The notes below the pieces were generated by a model. It made no database searches. It worked only from the letters and a program-made list of their open reading frames with translations, and was not told where the DNA came from. A DNA stretch of 64,000 nucleotides. Origin: an uncultured Methanosarcinaceae archaeon (GTDB taxonomy: Archaea; Halobacteriota; Methanosarcinia; Methanosarcinales; Methanosarcinaceae). The stretch is from the NCBI GenBank assembly GCA_963847185.1, contig CAWJYV010000001.1, forward strand, positions 128,001-192,000, read 5' to 3'. Every line of letters starts with the position of its first letter. Position 1 is the stretch's first letter. The translations under genes and the position numbers were made by a program. Positions 44,482 through 55,015 of this stretch are shown in pieces.

Positions 44482-46737
44482 TCATTTTTTTTCTGCTGTG
44501 CTGAATTTTATAATAAATTTCGTTCCTTTACCTATTTTTAATTCGATTGTGCCATTCAGCTGATCCACAAGGATGTTTACAAGCTGCAAACCAAGGGTGT
44601 CGGAATTTTTAAAATCAGTTTTTTCGGGGATGCCAACTCCGTTATCTGAGACTATAAGAGTGTGTTGAGTACTTTTTCCGGAAAATTTGTCTTCATTGTC
44701 ACTCAGCTTATCTTCAGCTTTTTCACTGAAAAGTTTAATTTGAACTTCTCCTGTTTTCCTGTCTGGAAATGCATATTTTAAGGAATTAGAAACAAGTTCA
44801 TTAATGATCATACCTAATGGGACTGCAATATCCATATCAAAGAAAACATTTTCTTTAAGTTCCATATTTAAGCTAACATCAGTATTTCCAAGACTGTATG
44901 TCTGAAGAAAGTTCTCAACGAGTTTTTCAAGGTATCGTGAGAAATTCAGTGTATCTGTTCCTTCACCTTCGTGCAACTCTTCATGGATAAGAGCAACTGA
45001 AGTTACTCTTTCCTGGCTTTCTCTGAAGGCTTCAAGAACTTCTGAATCATTAATATCCTTTCTGCCTTTGAACTTTTCAGCCTGAAGGTCAAGAAGTGAG
45101 GAGATTACCTGAAGATTATTCTTGATTCTATGATGGATTTCCTTTTTACGGGCGATCTCAATGTTCGCAAGGGCGTATTCAGCTTCTCTTCGCTTGGTTA
45201 TGTCAGTGAGCATGCTCAGAGAGCCCATAAACTTGCCATCCTTATCAAAAAGAGATTTAGCGTTTAGATGTGCCCATATGGGGGAGCCATCCTTTCGCAT
45301 TAATTTCAATTCATAGCTCCCATTGATACCCTTCTGCCTCCTTTCCAGATTCAGTTTGGCGACAGCCTTACTTTCTTCACTGATAAAGTCCCATATAGGT
45401 CTGCCAATACCTTCTTCTAGACTGTATCCAAACATATCCGTTATTTTTTTATTAGCGTAAGTGATTATTGCTTTGTCATTGATTGTGAGTATACCTTCGT
45501 TTGCTGTCTCTACGATGTTGCGGTACTTTTCCTCGCTCTCTCGTAGAGATTCCTCTACTTTTTTGCTCTCAGTAATATCCTGAGTTGTCCCTCTAATTCT
45601 AACAGGATTGTTGTTGTCATCGAAAACAACTTCGCCTTTCGTATGTGCTGTGCGCTCCTCTCCATCGGCTAGAATTATTCTGAAATCAGCTTTTATTGGT
45701 TTTCCGTTTAATGCCCCGTTAACGGCATTATCTATGTAATCTCGATCATCTGGATGCACGTAATTCAAAAACATGCTATAATTTACTTCAAATTCTTGGG
45801 GCTTTAGTCCAAAAATTCGATACATTTCATCTGACCATTTTAATTCATTAATTGCAAAGTTTAGTTCCCAACTTCCAATGTGCGCCACTTCTTGGGCTTC
45901 AGCAAGACTTCTTTCGCTTTCTTTCAATGAGGCGTAAGCCTTCTCAAGTTCAATTGTACGTTCCCTTACTTTTACTTCTAAACTATCGTGTGCTTTTTTA
46001 AGGGCTTCTTCCATTCGTTTTCGCTCTGTGACATCCATGTGGGAGGAGATGAGACGATCGCCACAAACAACATACGATGTGAGGAATTCCCTGTCCACGT
46101 AAGGGCTGCGGTACTGGAATGTGACAGCCTTGCTTGACTGCCGGGCCTTCTCGATCATGGGAAGATAGAATGAAGCTACCTTGCAACCAAGCACTTTTGA
46201 TCCCTTTTTTCCTTTTGCCTCATCAATATCTTTCAGACCGAGGAGTTTTAATCCGGCAGGGTTGAGGTCCTCAAAAATCCAGTCGACGACATTACCCTGT
46301 TCATCGTAGATGAGCCGATCTATGTAGAATACCTCCTGCACCGTTTCGAACAGATCACGATACTTGGCCTCACTCTCCCGCAACTGTTCCTCAAGCTCCT
46401 TCTGATCACTTATATCGAATCCATAAATGTTTACGCACTTTTCTTCGGGAAAGGGGTGAAACGAGATCAAGTATACTCTTTTTCCCATTTTAGCTTCCAT
46501 TTTTTCGGGGTTATTCTGTGAGATCGCCCTTTGAATAAAATCTCCGATACAGGAAGGTAATTTTTCTCCTACTCTCACACCCCATTCATGCAATAAGGGC
46601 TCACCTGCCTTATTTGAGTAAAGAACCATCCCATCCTTTCCAATACTAAGCAAAGGATTCGGGTTATTTGCCAGAAATTGCTCCATTCTTTTCATTTTCC
46701 CTCTTGCTGAGATTTCTTTATACGAGTTGCCACACAT
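44482..46737 (-). CDS. Multi-PAS sensor histidine kinase (HisKA_2 type)
   Basis: Several PAS/PAC domains, KEIHHRIKNNLQVISSLLDL, NELVSNSLKYAF, DNGVG; paralog of 102..1838. Confidence 0.92.
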   Translation of the reverse strand: MCGNSYKEISARGKMKRMEQFLANNPNPLLSIGKDGMVLYSNKAGEPLLHEWGVRVGEKLPSCIGDFIQRAISQNNPEKMEAKMGKRVYLISFHPFPEEKCVNIYGFDISDQKELEEQLRESEAKYRDLFETVQEVFYIDRLIYDEQGNVVDWIFEDLNPAGLKLLGLKDIDEAKGKKGSKVLGCKVASFYLPMIEKARQSSKAVTFQYRSPYVDREFLTSYVVCGDRLISSHMDVTERKRMEEALKKAHDSLEVKVRERTIELEKAYASLKESERSLAEAQEVAHIGSWELNFAINELKWSDEMYRIFGLKPQEFEVNYSMFLNYVHPDDRDYIDNAVNGALNGKPIKADFRIILADGEERTAHTKGEVVFDDNNNPVRIRGTTQDITESKKVEESLRESEEKYRNIVETANEGILTINDKAIITYANKKITDMFGYSLEEGIGRPIWDFISEESKAVAKLNLERRQKGINGSYELKLMRKDGSPIWAHLNAKSLFDKDGKFMGSLSMLTDITKRREAEYALANIEIARKKEIHHRIKNNLQVISSLLDLQAEKFKGRKDINDSEVLEAFRESQERVTSVALIHEELHEGEGTDTLNFSRYLEKLVENFLQTYSLGNTDVSLNMELKENVFFDMDIAVPLGMIINELVSNSLKYAFPDRKTGEVQIKLFSEKAEDKLSDNEDKFSGKSTQHTLIVSDNGVGIPEKTDFKNSDTLGLQLVNILVDQLNGTIELKIGKGTKFIIKFSTAEKK

Positions 46738-47169
46738 CTCAATGATCAGAAAAGATTAATATCTTAATTCATATTATTTTTTTGTTTTTATTAGGTTATT
46801 AGGTTATAATTCATAAAATGGATCTGTTAAATACATCTTTTGCGACAATGACCACTGTGAAAGGGAGTGTTAGAGTCAGTAACTCTCGCGAGAGTGTTAG
46901 GAGAATCACTAATGAACCCTAATATTGCTGGCACTGTTCATCGTATGAATGGTTTGAGCTTTATGACAGGTTCTATTACAGGTTCTAATAGAAATTGTCT
47001 GTATTCAATTAGACACTGGTTTGAACAAATGGGTTCAAATATTTCTTACTGCGGATTCTTGCAGATAACTCTAATGAGCTACTGTACTAATTAGCCCTGC
47101 AAGTTTTGCAAAGAGTTTTACATTCTTATATTTCTTCGAAACTTTATAGTTACTTTTTAAAATAGATAA

Positions 47170-47859
47170 ATGAGAAATGGTATATATAGAAAAAAATGTC
47201 TATTTATGTTGAGGTGGGGTGGAATAAAAAAGAAATATCTTTTACTATTTTGTATTGTAATGCTATACAATTACACAGAAACTCAAACTAATATGATCAA
47301 TTCTGTGTCATCTGTGTATCTCACGTCTGCAAAAAATACGATCGAAGATCCATCAGTTCAAGTTATTGCCGAGAAAGTTAATGAAAATGATATATCAATA
47401 GTTCATCCGCATCAATCAAACTGTTATGAATCCACTGCTAGTGGCTCGTGGGTTACACTTGCTAATGTGAAGTATGCAACCGATCCTACATATGAAGACC
47501 TTATTGAATTTATTAAATCAGACAGAACAGACGAAATAGAATATGATTACTATAATTTTGTTTGTGCTGACTTTGCTCAAGCCGTGCACAATAACGCAGA
47601 AAAAGCTGGAATAAAAACTGCATGGGTGAGTATAGAGTTTGAAGATCGAGATTATGGGCATGCCTGTAATGCATTTAACACAACTGACAGAGGAATGATT
47701 TTTATTGATTGTACGGGACCGGATCCCTACCAGCCAGGAAATTGGGACTCTATTGTAAAAATAGAAGTTGGAGAAGTATACAGGCCCGAAGAACTATACA
47801 AAAAAGGTTCAGCTTATGAGCCAATGGGAGTAGTCAAAAACTATAAAGTTTACTGGTGA
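47170..47859 (+). CDS. Membrane-anchored hypothetical protein with a putative Cys-His-Asp triad
   Basis: N-terminal hydrophobic segment; FVCADFA...GHACNAF...IFIDCT. Confidence 0.65.
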   Translation: MRNGIYRKKCLFMLRWGGIKKKYLLLFCIVMLYNYTETQTNMINSVSSVYLTSAKNTIEDPSVQVIAEKVNENDISIVHPHQSNCYESTASGSWVTLANVKYATDPTYEDLIEFIKSDRTDEIEYDYYNFVCADFAQAVHNNAEKAGIKTAWVSIEFEDRDYGHACNAFNTTDRGMIFIDCTGPDPYQPGNWDSIVKIEVGEVYRPEELYKKGSAYEPMGVVKNYKVYW

Positions 47860-48060
47860 TTTAATTTCTCACTCTGGCTTAACTTTTTACTGGGACCTTA
47901 ATCACTTTTATATCTTTTTCTACTTACTAAATATTTTATCAATAAGATCATAAATTTTTATCCCTATTTTTTTTTAGATAGATCTTACTCTTTATCATCT
48001 CTAAGAAAAAGGTTTAAAAACAAGATCTTCTATGTACATTATAATTAAATTAAACATGTT

Positions 48061-48597
48061 GTGTTGGTATCTATGGTAACCAGCAGAGAAAGACAGAAAG
48101 CAAATCTGGCCAGAATGAAAGAAATTATGGAAGAAATTGAGAATACAACAAATGACTGCGATCTAATCGCTGAGTTACATAGACTTCTAAAAAGGCAATA
48201 CCCCCTGTCCTTAAAATGGCATTTAATTGTATTCAAAAGTGAAGTTGAACATAGTTTATGGCATCTGGAAGGCATAAGAAAGGAAGAAATTGAAATAGCA
48301 AAAAGAAAGAAAAAGATGAAAACAAAGCTAGAAGAAAGCCTGAAACAAGTTTACTACAAATATTCAGATATTCCAAGCGCATTTAAGCTTGATTATTATA
48401 TGGTATACGATATTGAAAGAAATCAATACAAATGGATAAAATTGAACGCTTCCGGAAACCCAAGGGTAAACATTTTTGCAATTCCAAAATCCATGATCGG
48501 AGAAGGTAAACTCCAATGGAGCGAGGAGGTAAAACAAAAATGGGGAGAAGACAGTATAGGACAAAGCGAACTAATGGAAAGAAGTATTCTTAATTGA
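48061..48597 (+). CDS. Hypothetical protein
   Basis: 178-codon ORF, TATA-like TTTAAAAA upstream, no recognised motif. Confidence 0.55.
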   Translation: MLVSMVTSRERQKANLARMKEIMEEIENTTNDCDLIAELHRLLKRQYPLSLKWHLIVFKSEVEHSLWHLEGIRKEEIEIAKRKKKMKTKLEESLKQVYYKYSDIPSAFKLDYYMVYDIERNQYKWIKLNASGNPRVNIFAIPKSMIGEGKLQWSEEVKQKWGEDSIGQSELMERSILN

Positions 48598-48609
48598 ATA
48601 CTTTTGATC

Positions 48610-48670
48610 TTATCCGGGAGTAGAAATCCTCTTATCTAAATTATCCGGGAGTAGAAATCCTCTTACTAAA
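48610..48670 (+). repeat. ~31-bp tandem duplication
   Basis: TTATCCGGGAGTAGAAATCCTCTTA(T)CTAAA x2. Confidence 0.85.
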
Positions 48671-48778
48671 ATAAATTCATTAGTTTAAACTAAGATTAGT
48701 AAAGTAATGTATAGAATTTCTTCATCCACAAAAAGTCTAATAGCTAAGTAAGAATATTGTTTCGTCCACTTCTTTGTT

Positions 48779-49615
48779 TCAGTCAAGAGATTCGGCTTCA
48801 TGTATAAGTTCAGAATCGTTAAAGGCCTCAAGGGCAAGCTTTGTCATAAGCATATGACTAACCAGAAATTTGTCTTTAGTTTCAAGGATAATTGTTTCAA
48901 GGGAATTGGAAGCCTTTATGATCATATTCTCAAAGTTATTGAAGTCTTCATAAGAGAATTCATCTTTTGGAAGGACAGACGTATGCTTTAAAAAATCAGT
49001 TCCTTTCCCCTCCTGCGCAAGCAAGCTTAAAATTTTTGGAAAATCTTTAGGGAAAATAGTTGCATCTTTGCCCTGAGAGGAAGATAAAATTATTCCTGAT
49101 ATGGAAGCGAGAATTCCTCCATTATCCGGAAATCCGATACTCTCTTGCCTGAATTTCTCTTTTCCTATAGATCCTATTGCCAGAGCAGCAACCAGAGTTT
49201 CCCTTTCCATCTTCTGAAAAGAGGCGGAATTCATTATTTCTCCCAGGTATGCAATTGCAATCCTGACCGCTGCTTCCATCCCCTGTCCGGCAGCTGCCTT
49301 CCCGATTGAGCAGAGAGAGTACAGAATACTAAAACCAGTATCAGACATCTTCTGCTCTCTTGCAGCATCAGCCATTTTTCCCAGAGACAGAAGAGACAGA
49401 AAAACTCCGATTTCCATTTTTTGAAGGACAGCAGCATTACCTATTTCTCTTATGCTGATTACAGCTTTTTTTGCATCTGGTTCGAGCCCCTTGTTTATGT
49501 ATTCAGTTCCTCTCTCCGTAAGGAAATCTATTGATCTGAGCACACCAAGCTCATCATTATCTTTAACAGAACTTATACCAAGATCTGTTGCTCTACTTTC
49601 GTTTAAAACAGACAT
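48779..49615 (-). CDS. Alpha-helical 23-aa-repeat hypothetical protein, paralog 2
   Basis: IREIGNAA, LGKMADAA, LCSIGKAA, LGEIMNSA, IGSIGK at 23-aa spacing. Confidence 0.75.
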   Translation of the reverse strand: MSVLNESRATDLGISSVKDNDELGVLRSIDFLTERGTEYINKGLEPDAKKAVISIREIGNAAVLQKMEIGVFLSLLSLGKMADAAREQKMSDTGFSILYSLCSIGKAAAGQGMEAAVRIAIAYLGEIMNSASFQKMERETLVAALAIGSIGKEKFRQESIGFPDNGGILASISGIILSSSQGKDATIFPKDFPKILSLLAQEGKGTDFLKHTSVLPKDEFSYEDFNNFENMIIKASNSLETIILETKDKFLVSHMLMTKLALEAFNDSELIHEAESLD

Positions 49616-49803
49616 TCAAAACACCCCAAAAAATTTTACATCCGGAAAGATATCTCAAATTGAGATTATCAGGTTGCCAGCTAATCCTTCTCTTTAAAGG
49701 AGAGCAGGTCCCCAGGCACAAATTGATCCATAACATTAAATGGTTTACTTGTCAGAACTGCTTACAATATGAGTGATAAAAGCTCATAATTACTGGAAAA
49801 TTT

Positions 49804-50631
49804 CTATTTTACTCTGAAACTTTTATTTTGTCTCTCTTCCGGTTTCTCAAGTTCCGGTGTTTCAAAGTTAAGGAGTGCGACTTCGGCTACAATTGAAGCA
49901 CTCATCAGGCACCTGTCTTCTGCGTTAAATTTAATTGTCTCAAGTGAATAGGCTGCCTGAAGCAGAGCTCTGGGGAGTCCCATTCTATCTGCAGTTTTTC
50001 CAATATCCTCAAGAAAACGGACACTTGTACTGGCAGTTTCTTTTAGATCTTTTTCAATTGCTCCAGTTCCGATTTCCTGCAGCAGTAATTCAACGTTTAA
50101 TGCGGCATCTTCGAATTTCTGGTTTGCTGCAATTTTTCCGGTTTCCCCAAGAAGGGCAACTGTACTGTTTGCAAGATCCCCCAAGCTTTGCCATGTAACG
50201 CTTTTTCCAATCTCTCCAAGAGCAAAAATAACTGCAATTGTTTCCTTTTTGGTTCTTGTAATAGCCGCTGTATTTCCCATCTCCCCCAGGCAGGAAGCTG
50301 CAATTTTCACTGCAGACTCCATTTTTTGTTCTGCCGCAGCCTTTCCGATCTCTCCAATAGCAAGTGCTACACTAGCAAGGACATTTTCCATTCGCTGACG
50401 GTATGCTTCTATGGAAACAGGAGACAAATACATAATAGCATTGACAAGAACTCTTTCAAGCCTGGCTGTACCCGCTGCTTTTCCAATTTCCTTGATATAT
50501 TCGATCAGCCTTTTAATGTCGCTTTCCTGTCCTTCTTTTGCGTAGTTCACTGCAAGCTCGGACAGAAATTTAAGTATCTTATTAACTTCAGTTTCGTCCT
50601 TATCTCCGACCAAAGCCAGCCCTATCTCCAA
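49804..50631 (-). CDS. Alpha-helical 23-aa-repeat hypothetical protein, paralog 3
   Basis: IGEIGK, LGEMGN, LGEIGK, LGETGK, LQEIGT, LEDIGK exactly 23 aa apart. Confidence 0.78.
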   Translation of the reverse strand: MEIGLALVGDKDETEVNKILKFLSELAVNYAKEGQESDIKRLIEYIKEIGKAAGTARLERVLVNAIMYLSPVSIEAYRQRMENVLASVALAIGEIGKAAAEQKMESAVKIAASCLGEMGNTAAITRTKKETIAVIFALGEIGKSVTWQSLGDLANSTVALLGETGKIAANQKFEDAALNVELLLQEIGTGAIEKDLKETASTSVRFLEDIGKTADRMGLPRALLQAAYSLETIKFNAEDRCLMSASIVAEVALLNFETPELEKPEERQNKSFRVK

Positions 50632-50962
50632 GGCCTCGTTTTCATCCAGTGGTAGAATCCTTTATGCCCCCAGATTCTATAAAGTAAGTATGGATATGTG
50701 AGAATAAGAGCTTTATCCCTATTATTATAGCAAAAAAGCGAAAAGAACACTTAAATTAGAATCTTTTTTTATTATAATGCCTGGCTGCAAAAATTAAAAA
50801 AAAGATAAAGATTTGTTTCATTTTGATGATTACTTAAATAACCTAGTCGTTTTGCTTTAATAGTTTGTCATTTCCTTTTCAATAGTTTAATCATTTCCTT
50901 CCCAAAAACCAGGTAGTAATATCCATTATCCAATATTATATATATTATGCGTTGTATATTAT

Positions 50963-51865
50963 TTGTTGGAAAAGATTGCGATTGATATGCATAATATAGC
51001 TAACTTTTGTATTGAGAATAATATTTCCGAACATAACCAGAGCATTGTTCTTGAGTATCTAAAGGACCTGAATCGTAGTGGCTTGAAGGAAGCTACCGTT
51101 AGCAACAATGAGCATTTTTTGCGGTTCCTGTTGACACATACTAAGACCGACCTGGACAAGTTGACCAGGAAGGATGTTAATGATATCCAAGACGCGATAA
51201 ATGATTGGACGAAGAAAAATGGGAAGCCTGCCAGTCCTACAAGTAAGATGCAGTATAAAATTACGTTTCAAAGGTTCTTGAAAGGATATGGTGCAAGCAC
51301 TGATAATAAAGAGTTAATTAAGCTTGCAAAGTTCGGATTTGCTAGAGTTGAAGGGAAAAAATTAGAGTCCGAAGATATCCTGAGTGAGGAAGAAGTTGAG
51401 AGAATAATTGCGTGTTGTATTGGTATCCGGGATAAAGCATTGGTAGCCATAATTTATGAGTTGGGAGCAAGAGTGGGGGAAATTCAAAATTGTAAAATAG
51501 GTGATTTTAAAGACCATCCCTATGGATTTCATATAACGCTTAATGGGAAGACTGGGAAGCGGCAGGTATTATTGCATAAGTATCAGGTGTACCTTAAGCA
51601 GTGGCTTGTTGATCATCCAAATGCAACTGATCCAAAAGCTCCCCTTTTCACTACAGCTAGGGAGTATACTGATAGTAGTTATAGTAAGAATAAACAGAAA
51701 CGGGGTAAGGATGAAATGCGTGTACACACGCCATTAAGAACAATATCCATGAATCTATTATTGAAGAAGGCGGCCAAAAAAGCTGGAATTAAGAAGAACG
51801 TATATTGTCATTTACTCCGTCACAGTCAAGCAAAATTCTCAGGTCGATTCTCAGAACAGTATTAA
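50963..51865 (+). pseudogene. Tyrosine recombinase/integrase, C-terminally truncated
   Basis: RDKAL...GARVGE, GKTGKR, HLLRHS. The sequence switches to IS5-derived DNA at ~51833, before the catalytic Tyr. Confidence 0.85.
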
Positions 51866-52171
51866 TATATTCCCAAAATCCATTAATACGCCAAAGATGG
51901 AAGTAGTGGTAGACAGTTTTCCACGACAGAAAGTCCTGGGGTAACAGTCGCCATGCACAGCCAGAACGTAGCAAATAAAAGACGGCATTTAATATCTCTC
52001 GATGAGGATGAACACGCTTTCTACCTCGATTAGTTCTGGGATTAGGAAAATAAGGCTTAATTAGTTCCCATTCTTTATCGGATAAATCGCTAGGATAAGG
52101 ACGTCTTATAGATAGGTTTGACATTAACGAACAATCAGGGAATAAGGGTTATTTAATTTTAAGACAGCCTC
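51833..52171 (-). mobile_element. IS5-family fragment (left end plus transposase N-terminus)
   Basis: YPSDLSDKEW, REILNAVFYLLRSGCAWRLLP, WKTVYHYF; GAGGCTGTCTT end at 52161-52171; DDE core absent. Confidence 0.85.
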
Positions 52172-52295
52172 TTAGTCTCCTGCTCTAATGCTGAAAAGTT
52201 TTGTCTTCTCCTACATAAAACGAGTAGAGAATACGAATAAGAAACAATACAATAAAAAAATCTAAAATAGTATACTAAACATGGGGGTAAAATAA

Positions 52296-52370
52296 ATGTT
52301 CGGATTTGGCTTTGGTAGAGGCTGTGGATTTGGTGGCTTTGGCGGCTTTGGCGGCTGTGGAGGATGCTAA
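52296..52370 (+). CDS. 24-aa Gly/Phe/Cys-rich micropeptide (not in the ORF track)
   Basis: MFGFGFGRGCGFGGFGGFGGCGGC*; RBS GGGGGT 7 nt upstream; varied Gly codons. Confidence 0.55.
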   Translation: MFGFGFGRGCGFGGFGGFGGCGGC

Positions 52371-52490
52371 ACCAATCACTGCCCGTTGAATAATTGCTTC
52401 ATGGATCAAAAGCTGTTTAGCTATTATTGGCTTGCTAAATAGTGAAGGAGTATAATATAAATTGTCTTAGACACTCAAAAAATCAAATTG

Positions 52491-53190
52491 CGGACGGCCA
52501 CCCTACCTTAAAAGGTAGGGTATGCTTCGGGCCGTCCGCCGATTTCTGGGGAAGTTAGAAATCACTTAGTTTCAATTGTCCAGATTTCTTTATTCTATTT
52601 GATCTAATCTCTTTTTTTGGTTTTCCTTGGGATTCGTTAATATAATGCCTGATTGTGTCAGCAGTTACATTCCCAATTGATCTATAGAACTTATCACTTG
52701 ACCATAAACTTCCACCCCAGTATTTTTCCCTTAGTTCAGGATGAAGCTTAAATAATCTGTAAGAACTTCCTCCTTTTAGGTATTGAATTACTTTGGATAG
52801 TGAGGTGCTTGGATGGAATTCCAGAAACAAGTGCACATGATCTTCTACTATTTCCATGGCATGTATTCTATAGCCTTTCTCAGTACAAATGTTTTTGAAG
52901 ATTGATTCGCAATTCTTTTTAACTCTCTTGTTGTAGAATATTTTGAATCTGTACTTAGGCGCCAATACGATGTGGTAGGTGATCTGACCATTGCCATGGC
53001 TAAAACTACGCAATTCCAATGCTTATCACATCCTAGCCATAGGTGGCTGCAACCGCCTGTGGTTATGGTGTCAAAAAACATTATATTGAAAAAAGTGACG
53101 ATTTTAGATTATTAAGGTGAATGTCGAAAAACCTGCGAGGGTTCACTTCATCCCAGACTTAAAAGTCTGGGCATTCGTGACCCTCCGCGC
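52491..53190 (-). mobile_element. IS200/IS605-family element (tnpA only)
   Basis: Subterminal hairpins CCCTACCTT-AA-AAGGTAGGG (52501-52520) and CCCAGACTT-AA-AAGTCTGGG (53152-53171), each nested in an outer inverted repeat. Confidence 0.85.
52555..53019 (-). CDS. tnpA: IS200/IS605 Y1 transposase
   Basis: YHIVLAPKYR, HUH motif DHVHLF, LKGGSS, LWS, catalytic HYINESQ. Confidence 0.93.
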   Translation of the reverse strand: MELRSFSHGNGQITYHIVLAPKYRFKIFYNKRVKKNCESIFKNICTEKGYRIHAMEIVEDHVHLFLEFHPSTSLSKVIQYLKGGSSYRLFKLHPELREKYWGGSLWSSDKFYRSIGNVTADTIRHYINESQGKPKKEIRSNRIKKSGQLKLSDF

Positions 53191-53356
53191 TCCCATAGCA
53201 GTAAAATCCATAAAGACACATTCGTACAGCCTTTCAGAGGACTAAAGAAACAGGAGAACTTAAGCATATTAAAGTCTAATCTGTTTTTTGAATTCTCCGA
53301 AATGATAGGGATTAGCCAAAAAAGGCTGACGAATGAGTCTAACCTACTTTTACTAG

Positions 53357-53471
53357 AGGACTTATGCGGTTGGAATGAAAAATCAATAGCATTAAACCGT
53401 CAACTGTCCAAAGTGCGTATTAATCACGATGTCTGATGCGCTTGATTTTGTACTTCAAGTGCGTAAGTCCT
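53357..53471. mobile_element. ~115-bp MITE-like element with AGGACTTACGCA-type termini
   Basis: AGGACTTATGCG / TGCGTAAGTCCT; similar solo ends near 15886, 55761 and 59492. Confidence 0.55.
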
Positions 53472-53581
53472 AAAGAGAATGCAAATTTAGATATTTTTAC
53501 CCAAATGTATAATTCAGGTAGTTTTGAGACAGCCTAAATATTAAAGTTTCAATTCTGAGCTGGCGGAAAATAATTCTCTAT

Positions 53582-53815
53582 TTACCACAATCCAATCCAT
53601 TTGAGAGAATACAAGCACACAATCCCTAGCAGAATATTTATTGCTACAAGTTGACCTCTTCTTTTCTTCCATCTTTTTGCTATTACATGATTTGTCCAGT
53701 ATGCCATTGAAGTCGCCAGCATTCCGTTCACAAAAGCCACAACAACATCAGGAAACCCAAAAATCGTACTGAGAACAAATCCAATTCCTCCAACCACACA
53801 TACAGGACAGACCAT
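53582..53815 (-). CDS. Small three-TM membrane protein with N-terminal CPVC
   Basis: MVCPVCVVGGIG... behind RBS AGGGGT; three hydrophobic segments. Confidence 0.6.
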   Translation of the reverse strand: MVCPVCVVGGIGFVLSTIFGFPDVVVAFVNGMLATSMAYWTNHVIAKRWKKRRGQLVAINILLGIVCLYSLKWIGLW

Positions 53816-54165
53816 ATTACCCCTTTTATCTTCTGCTTTCATATTATCTTATTAAGCTTTGTTTATATCATATCTCAAAATATAAATAGACCTATATAAG
53901 AAAAAGCAGGAACAATAATATGTGCATTATAGAATTATAAAGCATACTTGTGCTTTGATATTGATATTGGCGAAAAATACATGAAAGCTAACACTTCATT
54001 TAGAGGACTTCTTTTAGAGAAGCTATACAATTACTACCCGATAGGATAGAAGAAATAAGCCCCTTCTTTTTAAAAAACATGAATCAAAATTACGCTGGCG
54101 CACCTCGCTTCAAGCAAGGGATTGTTTGTGCCACCTCTTTCGCTTCTATCCTTTCATACACTTAA

Positions 54166-54253
54166 CCACGCACACATACCTAGAAGCCACGTACATGGCC
54201 AGGGCTATCGCTCATAGCCAGATGGACTAATATATCCCGGACAGCTCCACAAT
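54166..54253 (+). repeat. ~90-bp dispersed repeat, copy 1 of 4
   Basis: CCACGCACACATACCTAGAAGCCACGTACA..GCCAGGGCTA...ATGGACTAA(A)TATATCCCGGA..GCTCCACAAT; other copies at 55477-55547, 60931-60986 and 61119-61202. Confidence 0.8.
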
Positions 54254-54284
54254 AAATTGAAAAGAGTTTAATGAATAATTTAAA

Positions 54285-54389
54285 TCAGCTTAGAAGTAGA
54301 TGGTAGAGTTTTGAGTCCCTATTCTCAAACCCTACCTGCGATCCAACCCAAAGATTAAGAGGAAACCCTATTTCTCTTAATCTGGACAT
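54285..54389 (-). ncRNA. Candidate two-hairpin sRNA (also a 34-codon leaderless ORF), copy 2
   Basis: Five substitutions versus 7142-7246; upstream TATA-like element and AAAGATTGTTTCTGATTT motif conserved. Confidence 0.6.
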
Positions 54390-55015
54390 TTATAAGGTCT
54401 CGGGGATATATATCATAACCGATACAAAAGATTGTTTCTGATTTGAACTTTAAATATAATTGAAAAATTATAGTATATTGATAATTTTAATATCCTTAAA
54501 ACAAAATGAATTAGACATTTTTTCGATTAAATACAATTTTTGATATGATTTATTATAAGTAATTTATCCAATTAGTACATGCTGGAGTTGGGAAATAACT
54601 GGGGAATCATCTACCATAATGAAAGAATCGCCTGGGATTGCTGATCCTTCTTCGAACCAATATGCTTGGGGGAGCTTAATGGTCGAAGAGACTGTATTGG
54701 GGGATACAGTGAAAGGATGCAGTGACCCTGGGCTTATTCTTATGTAGCTCTTTTTGCTGCCCTTTTACCATATTTTTTTTCTTAATGTCTTAGTTTTAAC
54801 TTGAATGAGTTGGCTCTGTTTTATCAAGGTTTTTTGACAAAGACTCTCATGAGTACAGGAAATTCAATGTCTAAAACTCTACTAAATATAAACCTGCTCC
54901 TGATTTTGCAGATTAGAAACTTTGTTTCCAAAGAAATATTAGCCGATGAAAAAGATTCTAAAATGGGGTTATTTTACAAAATCCCGTAGAATATCTTGTC
55001 TCTGGGGAAGCATAG

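Noticed and set aside
52555-53190. TnpB/omegaRNA system associated with the IS200 element
   Set aside because: Both end hairpins closely flank tnpA, leaving no room for tnpB
54095-54135. IS200/IS605-like end hairpin (CCTCGCTTCAAGCAAGG)
   Set aside because: Isolated imperfect hairpin with no partner end or transposase; not enough to call
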